Assembly: GCA_963665115.1 (NCBI GenBank)
Contig: OY762007.1
Location: forward strand, 8,384,001 to 8,448,000
Direction of reading: 5' to 3'
DNA length: 64,000 nucleotides
DNA from: an uncultured Rivularia sp.
GTDB lineage: Bacteria > Cyanobacteriota > Cyanobacteriia > Cyanobacteriales > Nostocaceae
Below the pieces are notes generated by a model. That model was not told where the DNA came from. It was given only the letters and a program-made list of their open reading frames with translations, and did not search any database. A program made the position numbers and the translations under genes. This document shows positions 10,248 through 21,417 of the stretch, one piece after another; position 1 is the first letter of the stretch; every line of letters begins with the position of its first letter.

Positions 10248-11312
10248 ATGATGTTACAGCTTATTTTCGTTGTTATTTTTGTTATTTCAGGTTCAGCCCT
10301 CTGTTCTGGAATCGAAGCGGCTTTATTTTCGGTTTCGACGCTGAAAGTTAGACAGTTAGCGCAGTCAAAGAATCCATCAGCAGTAGCACTATTGGCGATT
10401 CGCGAAAACATGAATCGACCGATCGCCACTATTGTAGTTATCAATAATATTTTCAATATCGTCGGTAGTATTGTTACGGGGAGTATTGCTAGAAAAGTAC
10501 TCGGAGAAACTTGGTTAGGCGTATTTTCGGGAGTATTGACATTTCTGATTATCATTGGTGCAGAAATTATTCCAAAAACCGTCGGCGAACGTTACGCAGA
10601 GACAATTTCCTTACTAATAGCTCTTCCTCTTGCTGGATTAACTTTAATATTTACACCTTTAGTGTGGGTGCTAGAAAATATTACAGCACCTTTTACTAGA
10701 GGTAAAAAGCAACCAACAACTAATAAAGCAGAAATCATGTTGTTGTCCGATATTGCTCATCAGGAAGGAATAATCGAACGCGACGAAGCCCAGATGATTC
10801 AGCGGGTGTTTCAGTTAAATGAACTCACAGCAGCAGATTTAATGACACCCCGCACCATCCTCACATATTTACGTGGTAACTTGACTCTTGCTGAAGCTAA
10901 AACAGATATTATTAGTTCGCAGCATACAAGAATAATTGTTATTAATGAGACGATTGATGAAGTAATTGGTGTTGCTTTAAAGCAAAATTTACTTACAGCA
11001 ATGGTAGAAGGAAGGAAAACTCAAAAAATCGGCACATTGACGCGAAAAGTTGGATTTGTACCCGAAACGATTCGCGCTGACAGATTAATGAGAAATTTCC
11101 TAGAAGCACGCGAACACTTAGCCGTAGTAGTAGATGAATACGGTAACGTTTCGGGTGTAATTACCTTAGAAGACGTATTAGAAGTAATAACTGGTGAAAT
11201 TGTTGACGAAACCGATAAAACAATCGACTTGCAGGCGATCGCCCGCAAAAAGCGAGAAAGAATGTTGCAGTCGATGCGCTTTGTTTATCGCTCCATAGAG
11301 AATAAACGGTAA
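10248..11312 (+). CDS. CNNM/DUF21 plus CBS-pair membrane protein (hemolysin/CorC-like)
   Basis: SGIEAALFS, AEIIPKT, MTPR, VVDEYG...ITLEDVLE.ITGEIVDE. Confidence 0.92.
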   Translation: MMLQLIFVVIFVISGSALCSGIEAALFSVSTLKVRQLAQSKNPSAVALLAIRENMNRPIATIVVINNIFNIVGSIVTGSIARKVLGETWLGVFSGVLTFLIIIGAEIIPKTVGERYAETISLLIALPLAGLTLIFTPLVWVLENITAPFTRGKKQPTTNKAEIMLLSDIAHQEGIIERDEAQMIQRVFQLNELTAADLMTPRTILTYLRGNLTLAEAKTDIISSQHTRIIVINETIDEVIGVALKQNLLTAMVEGRKTQKIGTLTRKVGFVPETIRADRLMRNFLEAREHLAVVVDEYGNVSGVITLEDVLEVITGEIVDETDKTIDLQAIARKKRERMLQSMRFVYRSIENKR

Positions 11313-11323
11313 TTATTTAGGAG

Positions 11324-11423
11324 TTGGTAATTGGGCATGGGGCATGGGGCATGGGGCATTGGTAATTGGTAATTGGTAATTGGTAATTGGTAATTGGTAA
11401 TTGGTAATTGGTAATTGGTAATT
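11324..11423. repeat. STRR tract (GGGCATG)n plus (TTGGTAA)n between convergent genes
   Basis: Tandem heptamers. Confidence 0.92.
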
Positions 11424-11450
11424 ATTATTTATTCTTCCCCATCTCCCCAT

Positions 11451-11681
11451 CTATTCCCCGTTTCCCTGTTCCTTTATCATTTGCATATAAGCTTTTGGAT
11501 ATATCAACAGGAAAAAACCCATCCAAGTTAATAGAGGGATGGAAACTAGAATAGTTAACCAAATCTTGTGAAATAATAACCAGCTTGCAGTAATTAGCGT
11601 TGTACCCGTGAGTAATATAGACCAAGGTTGACACCACCAAGGTTTATATTGCCATACGCTGATAGGTTTTTGGGGAGTCAT
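11451..11681 (-). CDS. Small membrane protein (DUF6737-like)
   Basis: W..KPWWCQPWSILLTG motif, two TM helices. Confidence 0.8.
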   Translation of the reverse strand: MTPQKPISVWQYKPWWCQPWSILLTGTTLITASWLLFHKIWLTILVSIPLLTWMGFFLLIYPKAYMQMIKEQGNGE

Positions 11682-11706
11682 GGGTTTAATTTATTTATAC
11701 TTGTAT

Positions 11707-12883
11707 TTAAATTTGCCAAAATTGCCACCAAGGACGTTGTTTATTTGTCCCAAAAAAGCGTTCGTTGCTGAATTCTTCTCGATGAAGTTGACCTGTTTTT
11801 ATATTTAACCAAAATGGCATCCAAGATTCTTCATTTGAAAAGAATTCTCCTATTATTACTTTACTAGCGTAGATTTTTATTTTACGAATATTATTCCACG
11901 ATATATCTGTATATTCCCAAATAAAGCCTTCCTGGTCGTAACATATGAGATAAGAATTGTTTACAAATAAAATCAAAGATGATTCAATACGTTTTGTAGG
12001 AAAATATTGTTTATAGCGTTTCTCAATCTGGTGAAGTACAGCTTTCTTTATCTCCCCTCTCCTTAATAAGGAGAGGGGTTAGGGGTGAGGTTTTGATATG
12101 TACCTTGATAGACCGGGAAGCGCTATAGTATATTTATCTATTCCTTCAATTTTAGAAGTAATTTTACCGCCAAAACTCTCTAATAAGTGTTGGTCTTCTG
12201 GATTAATTATATATCCTTGACCTTTTGAAATTACAATTAAATCAATTCTATTAGGATGCGAGTATATTGCAGAAAACTCCGATATTCCTGGTTGAAAGCT
12301 AGCAATCCAGTTAATACCTGAATCTGGTATGATTTCGACAACTAATTCTTCTTCCTGGCTTTTGCTGTCTGTAGCAATAAACTTTTTAGGAGTAGAATTA
12401 ACTGGGATAACTGATAATATTCTAAATTCTTCTAAAATATATTTTTCTAAACTTTCATCCCATTTTAATTTTGACTCTTTGGCTTTAATCCATTCTGCTA
12501 TTTCTGCGGGATTTTGCAGTGGATCTAGATGAGCAGGAGTTGGCAAAAGTCTTGTGATGACATAAGAAAACCCTTTCCAACGAACCAAATCATGTGGAAT
12601 ATTATCGAGTATGTCTTGATAAACATCTAATCGACCAAATGTAAACAAACAAACCTACGCATAGAATAAAGATAAAAAACCTTTTAGATCTTATTATATT
12701 CTCCGATTCTCCTTCATTAATTAGTTGTAACAACTTGCTTTTTTCTCTTTCGTACTCAGATTTTAAAAAATTATATAAATTTATATCGTTCTTCAAATTA
12801 GGAAAATCTTGACTTGCTTTAGAAGAATCAGTAGGTCGAATTATTTCCCTATAACGTCTTGCATCAGAAATTTTATCTGTCAT
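11707..12883 (-). pseudogene. Hypothetical ~352 aa gene broken by a 4-bp repeat expansion (~12643-12654) and a MITE insertion (12014-12125)
   Basis: Removing one GTTT unit and the 112-bp element plus one TA joins the three ORF-track pieces into one frame. Confidence 0.78.
12012..12127. mobile_element. MITE (112 bp) with TA target duplication
   Basis: TA-TAGCGTTTCTC ... GGGAAGCGCTA-TA; internal hairpin CCCCTCTCCTT/AAGGAGAGGGG. Confidence 0.85.
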
Positions 12884-12986
12884 AAGTTAAAAAAAATTAT
12901 GATAAAAAAATATAGGGCAAGCCATCAGCCCACCCTATAATAAATCACTATTAAATTTAAAACTTAATACTTACAAACTGGCGGAT

Positions 12987-14060
12987 TTACCTTTCCACAA
13001 CTTCCCTTACCAATTGCGCTAATTTTTCAGCACTTTCGGGAACTGCAACAGTTTTAGCTTTATCGCTCATCTCTTGTAATTTATCGGGAGACTGCAATAA
13101 TTCCAAAACCTGAGTTTGCAATTTATCTGCGGTTAATTCTTTCTGCTGAAATAATATCCCCGCTTCTGCTGTAGTATATACTTCAGCGTTGTAGGTTTGA
13201 TGGTCTTCTGCTGCGTAAGGATACGGAATTAAAATCGCTGGAGTACCGCATACGGCTAATTCCGTGACGCTACCAGCACCGGAACGACTTATCGCTAAGT
13301 TTGCTCGCTGTAACAATGCTGCCATGTTATTGTAAAACGGCATCGAAATATACTGGGGATGCTTTAAACTATCGGCTTCAGGATCTTGATCGCCTGTTAA
13401 ATGCACTACATAAGCACCAGCCTCAAACCATACAGGGGCACTTTCACGCACTAATTTATTTACAGATACTGCCCCTTGAGAGCCGCCGAAAACGACTATT
13501 ACGGGTACATCTTGAGGAATTTCTAAATCTAATGATGCTTCAATTCCCGGTTCTAAAAATGCTCTTCGTACAGGGGTGCTAGTATATATAGTTTTCTTTT
13601 TAGGTAAATATTTTGCAGCAGCTTCAAATCCCACTGCAACCGCATTACACCAAGGACCGAAAAAGCGAGTTACTTTACCGGGTAAAGCGTTGGATTCGTG
13701 AAGAATAACGGGTAAACCCAAAGAACGAGCAGCAATTACAGAAGGACCAGAAATATAGCCTCCTGTAGTGAAAACCCCGTCAAATTTGCCTTGTTTAAGA
13801 ATTTTTCTAACTTGTAGAATCGAACCAACGAGTTTACCCAAGGTGAGTAATGAAGAAAAGCCCAAACCTTTCTGGAACCCTTCAACTCCAATAGTATTCA
13901 ATTTATATTGTTTGGGAACCAGCTGCGTTTCTAACCTATTGGGGACACCCAGCCATTCAATTTGATAATCTGGCAATTGTTCCGCAAGTGCGATCGCCGG
14001 AAATAAATGTCCGCCAGTTCCGCTGGCTGCTATAAGTAATCGTATAGGAGCGTCTTGCAT
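12987..14060 (-). CDS. murG: Undecaprenyldiphospho-muramoylpentapeptide beta-N-acetylglucosaminyltransferase
   Basis: GTGGHLFP, HESNALPG, GGSQGA, SRSGAGSVTEL, EDHQ..NA. Confidence 0.97.
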   Translation of the reverse strand: MQDAPIRLLIAASGTGGHLFPAIALAEQLPDYQIEWLGVPNRLETQLVPKQYKLNTIGVEGFQKGLGFSSLLTLGKLVGSILQVRKILKQGKFDGVFTTGGYISGPSVIAARSLGLPVILHESNALPGKVTRFFGPWCNAVAVGFEAAAKYLPKKKTIYTSTPVRRAFLEPGIEASLDLEIPQDVPVIVVFGGSQGAVSVNKLVRESAPVWFEAGAYVVHLTGDQDPEADSLKHPQYISMPFYNNMAALLQRANLAISRSGAGSVTELAVCGTPAILIPYPYAAEDHQTYNAEVYTTAEAGILFQQKELTADKLQTQVLELLQSPDKLQEMSDKAKTVAVPESAEKLAQLVREVVER

Positions 14061-14162
14061 TAACCCTTTACCCTGTTAGCGCCAAAGCTTGAATAAGATA
14101 AAACAATTTCCTGGTTTTTTGTAGGCTCATCCGGAATCTCACCTTTAAAGGAAAGTTCTAGA

Positions 14163-15098
14163 ATGAATAATACATCAAAACAGCAAATAATTACTGTAGT
14201 TAAATTACCTACAACATTATCACCAATGCCTAACTTTAATACCTTAATACCCGCACGAAAATCAAGAGTTACTAGTAGCCGTTGGGCAATTTTATTTATC
14301 TTGACACTCGGTTTATCTACTGGTTGGAAAGCAGCCGAGGCAAATGTACCACAAAATACATCTTCTCAACTCAAACTCAGAACTCTCTTAACCCAAAGTA
14401 GAGCGCAAACGCAAAATGCACCTCCTCAACTCAGAACTTTATTAACGCAAATTGATGCAGCTGCAAATCGTCGTAACATCAAGGGTGTTATGAACTTTTA
14501 TAGCCCTCGTTTTGTTCATGGAGACGGATTAACCCGTTCCAGCATGGAACAAGCTGTAACTTCTTTGTGGAAAAATTATCCAACATTGAGATACAGTACC
14601 AAACTAGAATCTTGGAAAACCCAAGGTAATACTATTATTGCCGATACGGTAACAAATATAGTTGGTTTACCTTCGGTCAACAATAATAAACTAGCCATGA
14701 ATGCTACTATTAAATCGCGTCAGCGCATTGTTGATGGTAAAATCATTCGTCAAGATATTTTATCGGAACGCACTCAACTTACTTCCGGTGTTAATCCTCC
14801 TAAAGTAGATATTAATTTACCCGAAAAATTAAAAGCCGGACAGCGTTATTATTTTGATGCTATTGTCAACGAGCCTCTGGGTGATAGTTTTCTCTTAGGT
14901 GCGGCTCTTGATGAAGCCGTACAACCAGGAAAATATCTCAATCCTACACCTGTAAACTTGGAATTACTTTCCGCAGGTGGAATATTTAAAGTTGGAAGAG
15001 CGCCCACAGCTCCCGGCAATCAATGGATTTCTGCGGTATTGGTACGAGGAAATGGTATGACTATGATTACTCAGCGCGTGCCAGTAGTGAGAAGATAA
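14163..15098 (+). CDS. Secreted NTF2/SnoaL-like domain protein; start may be ~14226
   Basis: Signal-like segment, IDAAAN....VM.FYS..F.HGDG, GGIFKVG. Confidence 0.75.
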   Translation: MNNTSKQQIITVVKLPTTLSPMPNFNTLIPARKSRVTSSRWAILFILTLGLSTGWKAAEANVPQNTSSQLKLRTLLTQSRAQTQNAPPQLRTLLTQIDAAANRRNIKGVMNFYSPRFVHGDGLTRSSMEQAVTSLWKNYPTLRYSTKLESWKTQGNTIIADTVTNIVGLPSVNNNKLAMNATIKSRQRIVDGKIIRQDILSERTQLTSGVNPPKVDINLPEKLKAGQRYYFDAIVNEPLGDSFLLGAALDEAVQPGKYLNPTPVNLELLSAGGIFKVGRAPTAPGNQWISAVLVRGNGMTMITQRVPVVRR

Positions 15099-15269
15099 GA
15101 ATTAGTTAGTGGTTAGTTGTTAGTAGTTAGTTGATAGTAGAACTGCATGACGTTTAGTTGCAATGAGTTGCGAGTAAATCAATAAATCTTCTAGAAGTAC
15201 AAAAACTCCCGTGCTTAACAACTATTAACCAACGACTAACCACTATCAACTAACAACTAACTCTTATTT

Positions 15270-16040
15270 ATGGCTTCAATTAAAAATCAAATTGTCTTAA
15301 TAACTGGTGCAAGTAGTGGTATCGGTGCATCTTGCGTCAAATATTTTGCTTTATCGGGTGCAAAATTAATTTTAGCTGCGCGACGCTTGGAACGCTTGCA
15401 GCAACTTGTAGAGAATTTACAATTACCATCCGAAAATGTTCATTTAGTAGAACTTGATGTGCGCGATCGCAATGCTGTAGAATCTGCTATATCTAAATTA
15501 CCTAGTGAATGGTCGAATATCGATATTCTGATTAACAATGCTGGTCTTAGTCGCGGTTTAAACAAGCTGCAAGAAGGTAGCTTCCAAGATTGGGAAGAAA
15601 TGATTGATACTAATGTTAAAGGTTTACTTTATCTGACTCGCTACGTAGTTCCAGGAATGGTAGAACGTAATAAAGGTCATATAGTTAACATTGGTTCAAT
15701 AGCCGGACATCAAACTTATCCCGGTGGTAATGTCTATTGTGCCACTAAAGCCGCAGTTAAAGCAATTTCCGAAGGTTTAAAACAAGATTTATTAGGAACA
15801 CCGATTCGTGTAAGTTCGGTAGATCCCGGTTTAGTAGAAACAGAATTTAGCCAAGTAAGATTTCATGGAGATAATGAGAAAGCAAATAAAGTATATCAAG
15901 GATTAACTCCCCTCACCCCCGATGATATTGCCGATGTCGTATTATTTTGCGTAACTCGTCCGGCGCACGTTAATCTCAGCGAAATATTGTTAGTACCAAC
16001 AGATCAAGCGAGTGCAACGATGGTAAATAGAAAGGTCTAA
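15270..16040 (+). CDS. NADP-dependent short-chain dehydrogenase (YdfG-like)
   Basis: TGASSGIG, NNAG, YCATK, PGLVETEFS. Confidence 0.93.
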   Translation: MASIKNQIVLITGASSGIGASCVKYFALSGAKLILAARRLERLQQLVENLQLPSENVHLVELDVRDRNAVESAISKLPSEWSNIDILINNAGLSRGLNKLQEGSFQDWEEMIDTNVKGLLYLTRYVVPGMVERNKGHIVNIGSIAGHQTYPGGNVYCATKAAVKAISEGLKQDLLGTPIRVSSVDPGLVETEFSQVRFHGDNEKANKVYQGLTPLTPDDIADVVLFCVTRPAHVNLSEILLVPTDQASATMVNRKV

Positions 16041-16042
16041 TG

Positions 16043-16496
16043 GTAGGTTGGGTTAGACACGAAAATCAATTTGAACTGTAACGAGTAATTATTATTATCG
16101 TGTCGTAACCCAACATCACGACTATTTGAAAACATATAAGCTCGTTTACAATATGAGCATTACGAGATAAATTTTCTACCCGATTGAAAAAAATATCAAA
16201 ATCAAATAAATACTTCATATTTCTCCGTTCTACTAGCTTCACTCAATAACTTCCCATGTATCAAGAGGTATTGCTGGAGCAATCAAGTCTCCTAAGATTT
16301 CACAACTTCCCCTCATCGCTCCAAAAGTTGGACGTTTGGATTGATTTTAGCAGGATAAATAATTACCAAAGGTTCCTCTTGGTAGGTAACAGTTAAAGGT
16401 GTTTTTTTACGTTGTACTTCTTGAAATAATTGCTGAATATTTTCGGGTAAATTGTCGTTACAGTGAAATTTGGTTTTCGTGTCTAACCCAACCTAC
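16043..16496. repeat. Pair of ~42-bp inverted GTAG-type REP-like repeats (16043-16084 and 16455-16496)
   Basis: GTAGGTTGGGTTAGACACGAAAA ... TTTTCGTGTCTAACCCAACCTAC. Confidence 0.85.
16200..16454 (-). pseudogene. Relic type II TA pair: 5'-truncated Phd/YefM-like antitoxin plus first codons of a PIN/VapC-like toxin
   Basis: DNLPENIQQLFQEVQRKKTPLTVTYQEEPLVIIYP/fs/KRPTFGAMRGSCEILGDLIAPAIPLDTWEVIE*, then GGAG and MKYLFD at 16218. Confidence 0.6.
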
Positions 16497-16608
16497 GACT
16501 AGCTGCGTTAAGTTAATTGGGAATTGGGAATTGGTAATTGGGTATTGGGCATGGATAATTGATTTATAACCTTTAACCTTTGACTTTTGACCTTTAACCT
16601 TATTTATC

Positions 16609-17262
16609 ATGGCATCAACAACTGGGAATCAAATAGATTTTACTCAAAAGCTGCTTGAATTAATGCAGCAAAAAAATATTTCTAGTTTCAAAGCTTTAAG
16701 TAAATTAGCTGGTGTTTCGGAATATCAAATACAGCGTTTGCGAAGAGGAGAAATTCAGCAAATGCGTCTAGAGTTTTTAGTTAAACTATCGCAAGCGCTA
16801 CAAATAGATTTGAGTGAATTGATCGTTAATTTCTCGCAAATAGCATTAATCAAACAGCAAAGCTCATCAAAAGAAATAACAGACTTAAAAAAAGAATACG
16901 AACGTTTACAAAAGCAATTAGAAAATCAAGAAAAATTATTACTTGCTCAGTTTCAGCAATCGAGTTTACAAATCCTTGAATCATTATTAATTCAATTTCC
17001 TACAGCAGCACAAAGAGCCAGAGAAAATCGTCAGTTACCAGCAGCTAATATCATTCCATTAATAGAAAAACCGATTACAAGACTTTTGCAGGAATGGGGA
17101 ATTGAAGCCATTGCATCGGTAGGTACAGAATTACCTTACGAACCCGAAATCCACCAATTAATCGAAGGCGATGCACAACCTAGTGAAAAAGTCAAGATTC
17201 GTTATACTGGCTACCTTCAAGGAGATAAGTTACTGTATCGAGCGAAAGTGAGTCCGGTTTAG
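16609..17262 (+). CDS. XRE/Cro HTH protein with coiled coil and GrpE-like C-terminal beta domain
   Basis: SFKALSKLAGVSEYQIQRLRRG HTH; YEPEIHQ...V.IRYTGY..GDKLLYRAKV. Confidence 0.82.
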   Translation: MASTTGNQIDFTQKLLELMQQKNISSFKALSKLAGVSEYQIQRLRRGEIQQMRLEFLVKLSQALQIDLSELIVNFSQIALIKQQSSSKEITDLKKEYERLQKQLENQEKLLLAQFQQSSLQILESLLIQFPTAAQRARENRQLPAANIIPLIEKPITRLLQEWGIEAIASVGTELPYEPEIHQLIEGDAQPSEKVKIRYTGYLQGDKLLYRAKVSPV

Positions 17263-17384
17263 GGAGATGGGAAGAGTTAGGAATTAGGAGTTATAGATAT
17301 AAAATTCTTAACTGTTCCCTGTTCCATGTTCCCTGCTCCCTCCTAAAAATTTCTCTTGTTTTGTGTTGAAAGAGAATGAATTCC

Positions 17385-17393
17385 GGGAATACT
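17385..17393 (+). promoter_or_regulatory. Putative SigJ J-box extended -10 (GGGAATACT)
   Basis: Exact match to the recalled Nostoc SigJ consensus, ~110 bp upstream of the kinase gene. Confidence 0.55.
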
Positions 17394-17500
17394 AATTAAA
17401 TGCATATCGGCTGACGGACGGTTTATGGGTTAAGTGAAGTCGCGTGCATTGAATTAAATCAGCATCTAACTAAAGCTAAAACCTTTACGGCAATAGGAAT

Positions 17501-20500
17501 TTGGGGATGAATAAAGATAAAATCAAAAATGAATCGTCCTTTGAAAGGGAGGCCGCAGTCCAAGAGGATTTGCAAACGCAGCACTGTGTTAATTTTTCGA
17601 CTGATTTTCTGCTAATGGTAATTAACGGTACTTCTGACCCTATTTTTGTCAAAAACCGTCAACATTGTTGGGTGCTGGCTAATGATGCGTATTGTAATTT
17701 TGTCGGACGTAGTAGGGAACAAATTATCGGTAAATCCGATTTCGACTTGTTCGATAACGAAGTTGCTGATGCATCTTGGGAAAAAGATGAATTTATTTTT
17801 ACTACGTTTAACCAAAATGAATCTGATGAATGTATCACAGATGCAGATGGAAGAAAACGTTTTGTTGCGATAAAAAAATGTGTGTTTGAGGATGAAGAAG
17901 GAAATCGGTTTCTGATTAGTACCATTCGAGAATTAACACAGCAAATTAATCAGCAATTTCAAGTAGAAACGCGACTGCGTGAGTCTAAGATATTGTTAGA
18001 ACAGGTTTTAAATAATATTCCGCAAGCACTTTTCTGGAAAGATTGTAATTCGGTTTATCAAGGTTGTAATAGCTTTTTTGCAGCAATTGCGGGAGTCGGG
18101 GATCCAAAATTAATCAAGGGTAAAACTGATTTTGATTTACCTTGGAAAGAAGAGGAAGCCAATTGGTTTCGTCTTAACGATAGTCGCGCCATTGAATCTA
18201 AAATGCCCGAAAGTATTGTTAAACCACAACTACAAGCAGATGGTAGACAATGCTGGTTGGAAGTCAACACAATTCCGATTTGCGATGCAATGGGGAATGC
18301 TCAAAGTGTTTTAGGAACCTTGCAAGATATCACAGACCGTAAGGAAATAGAAGTTACTTTACAGAAGTTATACGAAGAGTTAGAAATTAGAGTTCATCAG
18401 CGAACTTCCGAACTTACTAAAGTAGTTACCCATTTACAGCAAGAAATTAAACAACGCGAAGCAATAGAAAACCAGTTTCGATTGAGTGAGGAAAAACTAC
18501 AGAAACTGTCTGCAAATGTCCCTGGTATGTTATATCAATTTAAACTAGGGGCTGATAATAAATTTAGCTTTCCTTATATTAGTTCTGGCTGTCTTGAAAT
18601 CTACGAACTTCTCCCGGAACAGATTATTGCTGATGCTAGTTTGTTTATTTCCTGCATCCATCGAGATGAGCGTGAAGATTTTGAAAAATCAATTGCTAAT
18701 TCTGCTCGGAGTTTGGAAGCTTGGCAGTGGGAAGGAAAAGTTATTTTAACTTCTGGAAAAACAAAATGGATACAAACCGCATCCCGTCCGCAAAAACAGC
18801 AAGATGGTTCGATTATTTGGGATGGGGTGGTGATGGATATAACTCCTTTAAAACAAGCTGAAAAAGCTCTAAAAAGGGCCTATGCTGATTTAGAAAAACG
18901 AGTAGAAGAGCGAACTCAGCAGTTAATGCAAAGTAATCAAGCGTTGCAAAAAGAAATCGCAGAACGTCATTCAGCACAATCAGAACTTTTAGCTTCTCGT
19001 CAAAGATTATCGCTATTAGTAGAACAAACACCTTTAGCAGTGATTGAATGGGATACGGATTTTAAAGTACAAGAATGGAATAAAGCCGCAGAAAGTATTT
19101 TTGGATATACAAAACAAGAAGCGATTGATAATTACTTCGAGTTTATAGTTTCTCAAGCCGTATCAGAACAAATTCATCAATTGAAGAGTGCATTATTATC
19201 GCAGAAAGGTGGAACGCGAATCGTCACCGAAAATATTACCAAGGATGGTAAAACGATTATTTGTGAATGGTATAACAATCCTTTGGTGGCTGTAAATAGT
19301 AAAGTGTTTGGTGTTGCGTCTTTAGTACTTGATATTACCGAACGGGAACGATCGGAAGCAACCTTACAAGAACAAGAGCAGTTCCTCCGGAATATTTATC
19401 AAGGAGTCGAACAACTGATTTTCGTTGTTAACGTTTTAGATAATAATGAGTTAGTTTATGCTGATTGGAACTCAGCCACCGAAAAAGCTACAGGCATAAA
19501 AGCCACAGAAGTAATCAGTAAGTTTCCTGAAGAAGTATTCGGTGACATTCAAGGTGCAAAAATACGTCAACGATTTATCAGATGCTTGGAAGCAGGTATA
19601 CCTATAACTTACGAAGAAAATCTAGTTTTCCAAGCGAGAGAACATTGTTGGTTGACTACACTTAATCCTCTAAGGAATGCAGAAGGCAAGATTTATCGGA
19701 TTGTAGGAACGTCATTTAATATTAACGATCGCAAACAAGCAGACACACAGTTAAAACAGCAAACGCAAGAGTTAGAAGCAGCCCTTAACGAACTACAAAA
19801 CACCCAAATACAGTTGGTACAAAGTGAAAAAATGTCTTCATTAGGTAGTTTGGTTGCAGGGGTAGCTCACGAAATTAATGACCCTACAAACTTAATCTAC
19901 GGTAATATCAATCACGCTAATAATTACGCTCAAGACCTTTTGAAACTACTCCAACTTTACCAGCAATATTATCCTCAGCCTGGATTGGAAATAAAAGAAT
20001 TAACTTCCGAAGTTGATTTAGAATTTATTTTAACAGATTTACCTAAATTACTTAATTCGATTAGAGTTGGAGCGCAACGCATCCAAGAAATTCTTGCATC
20101 TTTACATACTTTTTCCCGCGTGGATGAATCTCAAATGAAAAAAGTAGATATTCATGAAGGATTGGATAGTACTTTGATGATCTTGGAGAATCGCATTAAA
20201 GCTAAAAGCGATCGCTCTCAAATTGAAATTATTAAGGAGTATGGAAATTTACCGGAGGTAGAGTGTTACCCCGGACAACTCAACCAAGTTTTCATGAATA
20301 TTTTGACAAATGCTTTGGATACTTTGGAAGAGTCAATAGAACTCAAAAATAAAGCAAATAGCAATCCTCAAATTCAGATTTCCACGCAACTTACTGAATT
20401 AGGCAAGGTCACAATTCGTATAGCCGATAACGGAATGGGAATACCATCCGATATTAAAGAAAAATTATTCGATCCGTTTTTTACAACTAAATCTGCAAGT

Positions 20501-20632
20501 AAAAGTACGGGGATGGGTCTTTCGATTAGTTACCAAATTATTACTGAAAAACATGGTGGTTCAATCGAATGTATCTCCCGATTTGGAGAAGGAAGTGAAT
20601 TTATTATTTCAATTCCGCTTCGTCAAGAATAA
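17501..20632 (+). CDS. Cytoplasmic multi-PAS/PAC sensor histidine kinase
   Basis: About five PAS/PAC units ending DIT.RK; AHEINDP H-box, [24 protein letters not shown]. Confidence 0.95.
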   Translation: MGMNKDKIKNESSFEREAAVQEDLQTQHCVNFSTDFLLMVINGTSDPIFVKNRQHCWVLANDAYCNFVGRSREQIIGKSDFDLFDNEVADASWEKDEFIFTTFNQNESDECITDADGRKRFVAIKKCVFEDEEGNRFLISTIRELTQQINQQFQVETRLRESKILLEQVLNNIPQALFWKDCNSVYQGCNSFFAAIAGVGDPKLIKGKTDFDLPWKEEEANWFRLNDSRAIESKMPESIVKPQLQADGRQCWLEVNTIPICDAMGNAQSVLGTLQDITDRKEIEVTLQKLYEELEIRVHQRTSELTKVVTHLQQEIKQREAIENQFRLSEEKLQKLSANVPGMLYQFKLGADNKFSFPYISSGCLEIYELLPEQIIADASLFISCIHRDEREDFEKSIANSARSLEAWQWEGKVILTSGKTKWIQTASRPQKQQDGSIIWDGVVMDITPLKQAEKALKRAYADLEKRVEERTQQLMQSNQALQKEIAERHSAQSELLASRQRLSLLVEQTPLAVIEWDTDFKVQEWNKAAESIFGYTKQEAIDNYFEFIVSQAVSEQIHQLKSALLSQKGGTRIVTENITKDGKTIICEWYNNPLVAVNSKVFGVASLVLDITERERSEATLQEQEQFLRNIYQGVEQLIFVVNVLDNNELVYADWNSATEKATGIKATEVISKFPEEVFGDIQGAKIRQRFIRCLEAGIPITYEENLVFQAREHCWLTTLNPLRNAEGKIYRIVGTSFNINDRKQADTQLKQQTQELEAALNELQNTQIQLVQSEKMSSLGSLVAGVAHEINDPTNLIYGNINHANNYAQDLLKLLQLYQQYYPQPGLEIKELTSEVDLEFILTDLPKLLNSIRVGAQRIQEILASLHTFSRVDESQMKKVDIHEGLDSTLMILENRIKAKSDRSQIEIIKEYGNLPEVECYPGQLNQVFMNILTNALDTLEESIELKNKANSNPQIQISTQLTELGKVTIRIADNGMGIPSDIKEKLFDPFFTTKSASKSTGMGLSISYQIITEKHGGSIECISRFGEGSEFIISIPLRQE

Positions 20633-20808
20633 GTCATTTCACTGTTGTCTTAACAGGCTATCTACCATTAAGGAGCAAGTAGCTTCCACTATGAGTGTAG
20701 TGTACATCAAAAAGAAAGAAGAAATACCAGTATTAGATGTTTTAAATCATACATTTTTTTTGATATAAATAAGTTAAGCTGCCATCCTTACATCTACTGA
20801 ATAATAAT

Positions 20809-20926
20809 CTAGTACAGTACGGCGTAAATAAAGCACCCATTTAAAAAGTTTGAAAGCCTTATCATATAATACTTTTTACTTCTGACTTCTTACTTTTGAC
20901 TTTTTACTTCCGCGCAGCGGTACTAG
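20809..20926. mobile_element. CTAG-flanked MITE, copy 1
   Basis: Identical to 51950-52060 except one extra heptamer; ends CTAGTAC...GTACTAG. Confidence 0.85.
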
Positions 20927-21081
20927 TATGATATCGATTTATATAATTGTTTATATATTTAATGTTTGAATTCAGAACTGTTAATTAAGAGACTATGCCC
21001 TGGCAAGTTGTCATTAAATGAATTATGATTAATATGGATTAAAATAATAGACGTTTTTTGTAGTAAAAATACTGAGAAACT

Positions 21082-21417
21082 ATGACAGAGCATATTAAAG
21101 TAGTTCAACCCAGTGGTGTTTTAGATGCAACTAGATCGCAAGGTTTTAGGGAAGAAGTTATTAAATCGCTAGAAAGCAAACCAAAAATGGTGTTGGTAGA
21201 TTTAAAAGATATTACTTTTATGGATAGTTCCGGCTTAGGTGCTTTGGTTTTAGCATTTAAAACTTTGAGAGCGTCAGAAACTAAACTGGTACTTTGTTCT
21301 ATTAACGAACAAGTAAAAATATTATTTGAACTTACTGGAATGGACAAAGTTTTTGAAATCTTTTCCAACCAGGATGAATTTCATAAAGCTGTACTTACCA
21401 CTTCCGCGCTTAATTAA
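21082..21417 (+). CDS. STAS-domain anti-sigma factor antagonist
   Basis: VDLKDITFMDSSGLGALV, LFELTGMDKVF. Confidence 0.95.
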   Translation: MTEHIKVVQPSGVLDATRSQGFREEVIKSLESKPKMVLVDLKDITFMDSSGLGALVLAFKTLRASETKLVLCSINEQVKILFELTGMDKVFEIFSNQDEFHKAVLTTSALN

